Origin: Podospora anserina
Lineage: Eukaryota
DNA: 64,000 nt
NCBI GenBank assembly: GCA_017654855.1
Contig: CM030332.1
Location: forward strand, 4,774,001-4,838,000
Reading direction: 5' to 3'
This document shows positions 61,851 through 64,000 of this stretch, in pieces; the stretch's first letter is position 1; the number at the start of each line of letters is the position of its first letter. The position numbers and the translations under genes are program-made. The notes beneath the pieces are model-generated. The model worked only from the letters and a program-made list of their open reading frames with translations. It was not told the origin of the DNA and did not search any database.

Positions 61851-63953
61851 ATGCGTCTTTCCTTTCGAGCCCCTCTCCCGTCAAGAGGTTTGTTGAGGCT
61901 CACTTCTTCGGCACCAACTGCCCGGCCATCACTCGGTCGTCCATCAACAGACCTCAAATCCACCAGATCTCTATTACCGCTGCAGCCGCGCCGTCTATTC
62001 AACATGAACTCCCAGGAGCTTACCCAGTACTACGCCGATGCCCCGCCTGCTGTCGTCAGGCTCGAAATCGAGAAGCACTTCAACGCCTTGGATGACAAGG
62101 CAAAACGTTATGCCCACTTTATCAGCCGGTAAGGGAGCCTACTTATAACTCATTACTGGTCACATGAGTCCATCCATCCCTGAGGTTGGGCTTCTACGCA
62201 CCTCTGCCATTCCCGCGTGATCACACCTTATAATTCATATGTATTTGTAAACAAAGCAACACAATTGCTAACACCTGGGACAGAGCATCCCTTGCGGGTA
62301 ACCGCATAGTCTTGAGGCAGGTCTCACCCGAGTCCGAGTCCATCTATGATTTTATCATTACTCTTCACAGGGCCGCCGCTGGTGATTGGAAGGGTCTTGC
62401 CAAGAAAGTTGGTGTTGACGAGGCCGGTCTTTCAGCTTTCCTCCAATATGCTGCTCAGTTCCTCGGCAACAGTGGCAACTACAAGAGCTTTGGCGACTCC
62501 AAGTTCATTCCAAGGTGTGATGAGTCCGTCTTCACTACTCTTGCCTCTGCCTCGCCCGAGGCGGAAAAGTACTTGAAGGCTACGGATGGCGCCATCTTCT
62601 CAGCTGACAAGCCTGGCCTGCTTCACCTCGGTTTCACGGACGAGGGTCACTTGACCACGTACTACCCGGACTCTCCTAGCATCACCAAGGATGAGATTGA
62701 TGCTGTGGCCAAGTGGATGCAGGTCAAGGGATTGCTCCCAGAGAATACCAGACTCCGCAAGACTGAGGATGGTGTCTTTGAGCTGCTCATTGCATCCGCT
62801 ATCACCAGCCTTCCTGCCGGTGGTGGCGATGCCGGGAAGGAGGCCGAGTTTGTGATCAGCGAGGGGCCTCTTGAGGGCAAGACCATCAAGCTGGTCTATG
62901 GTGACTACTCCAAGGAGATGGCTGAGATCACCAAGAACATCAAGAAGGCGGCTGAGAATGCCGAGAACGAGACCCAGGTCAAAATGCACACTGCGTATGC
63001 CAAGTCCTTTGAAGAGGGCTCTCTTTTGGCGTTCAAGGACTCTCAGAGATATTGGGTGAAGGATCAAGGGCCGATGGTCGAGTCCAACATTGGTTTCATC
63101 GAGACCTACCGGGACCCTGCCGGTATTCGTGGCGAGTGGGAGGGCTTTGCTGCCGTTGTTAACCAGGACAGAACTCGGGCCTTTGGCGAGCTCGTCAGAT
63201 CCGCCCCATCACTTATCCCTCTCCTGCCATGGGGCAAAGATTTTGAGAAGGACAAGTTCCTGTCCCCAGACTTCACGTCGCTTGAGGTGTTGACGTTTTG
63301 CGGGTCCGGCATCCCGGCCGGTATCAACATCCCCAATTACGACGACATCCGACAACTTGAGGGCTTCAAGAACGTGTCTCTCGGCAATGTACTCAGCGCC
63401 AAGGCCCCAGATGAGAAGATCCCCTTCATTGCGGAGAGTGATCTTGAGGTGTATAAAAAGTACAGAGATGCTTCTTTCGAGGTCCAGGTCGGTCTGCACG
63501 AATTGACTGGACACGGTTGCGGCAAGCTTCTACAGGAGACCGCCCCCGGCGTTTACAACTTCGATGTCAAGAACCCACCTGTGAGCCCAGTCACCGGCAA
63601 GCCTATCACCACGTGGTATAAGCCGGGCCAGACCTGGGGTTCCGTCTTTGGTGGTCTTGCTGGTGCTTATGAGGAGTGCCGTGCTGAGCTTGTGGCTATG
63701 CATCTCAGGTTTGTTTTCTCGTCTAGATTATGTGCGGTATAGCCTCTGACATGGAGACAGCTGTGAATTCTCCGCCCTCAAGATCTTCGGCTTCGGTGAC
63801 GGCTCCACGGACATTGACGGCGAGGCTGGGGATGTTCTGTATGCCTCGTACCTCAGCATGGCTCGTGCTGGTTTGACATCCATCGAGTTCTGGGACCCCA
63901 AGTCTCAAAAGTGGGGGCAGCCTCACTGCCAGGCTCGTTTTGCCATTCTCAAG
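61851..63953 (+). CDS. DPP3: Dipeptidyl-peptidase III (M49 family), 5' part; continues beyond the window
   Basis: [64 protein letters not shown], zinc motif HELTGH and EECRAE. Introns at about 62129-62284 and 63709-63760, with a further donor at about 63954. Confidence 0.95.
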
Positions 63954-64000
63954 GTATGCTTTTGCGCTGTATAAGGCGCTGGAATTGTTGTGCTAACCGG

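Overview
This is gene-dense, intron-containing fungal genomic DNA. GT-AG introns with CTAAC/CTGAC branch points and the gene content point to a Sordariomycete, probably Sordariales or Podospora-like (inference). About 18 protein-coding genes can be modelled, mostly housekeeping: Nup120 (3' part), VPS26, RPL9, a Cys/Thr-rich type-I membrane protein, V-ATPase subunit H, a micro-exon acylphosphatase missing from the ORF track, a DUF726/TMCO4 lipase-like protein, UTP23, PTC7, a Skg3/Caf120-like PH protein, an FHA checkpoint kinase, STT3, a head-to-head RPL35/RPL6 pair, GOS1, ATP10, BCKDH E2, gluconokinase and DPP3 (5' part). The region at 35-41.5 kb differs from the rest. It holds an uncharacterised gene with two CxxC...CxxC motifs and a very long intron (at least 1.1 kb). 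That intron contains a degenerate array of about 20 TGTTTGGATGA-type units spaced 43-45 or 53-54 bp apart, several carrying an internal palindrome. Downstream of the same gene lies a second, different degenerate array with a 31-34 bp period. Nearly all spacings in both arrays are close to multiples of about 11 bp. No tRNA, rRNA, CRISPR-Cas system or recognisable transposon was found. All gene models and repeat coordinates were derived by eye.
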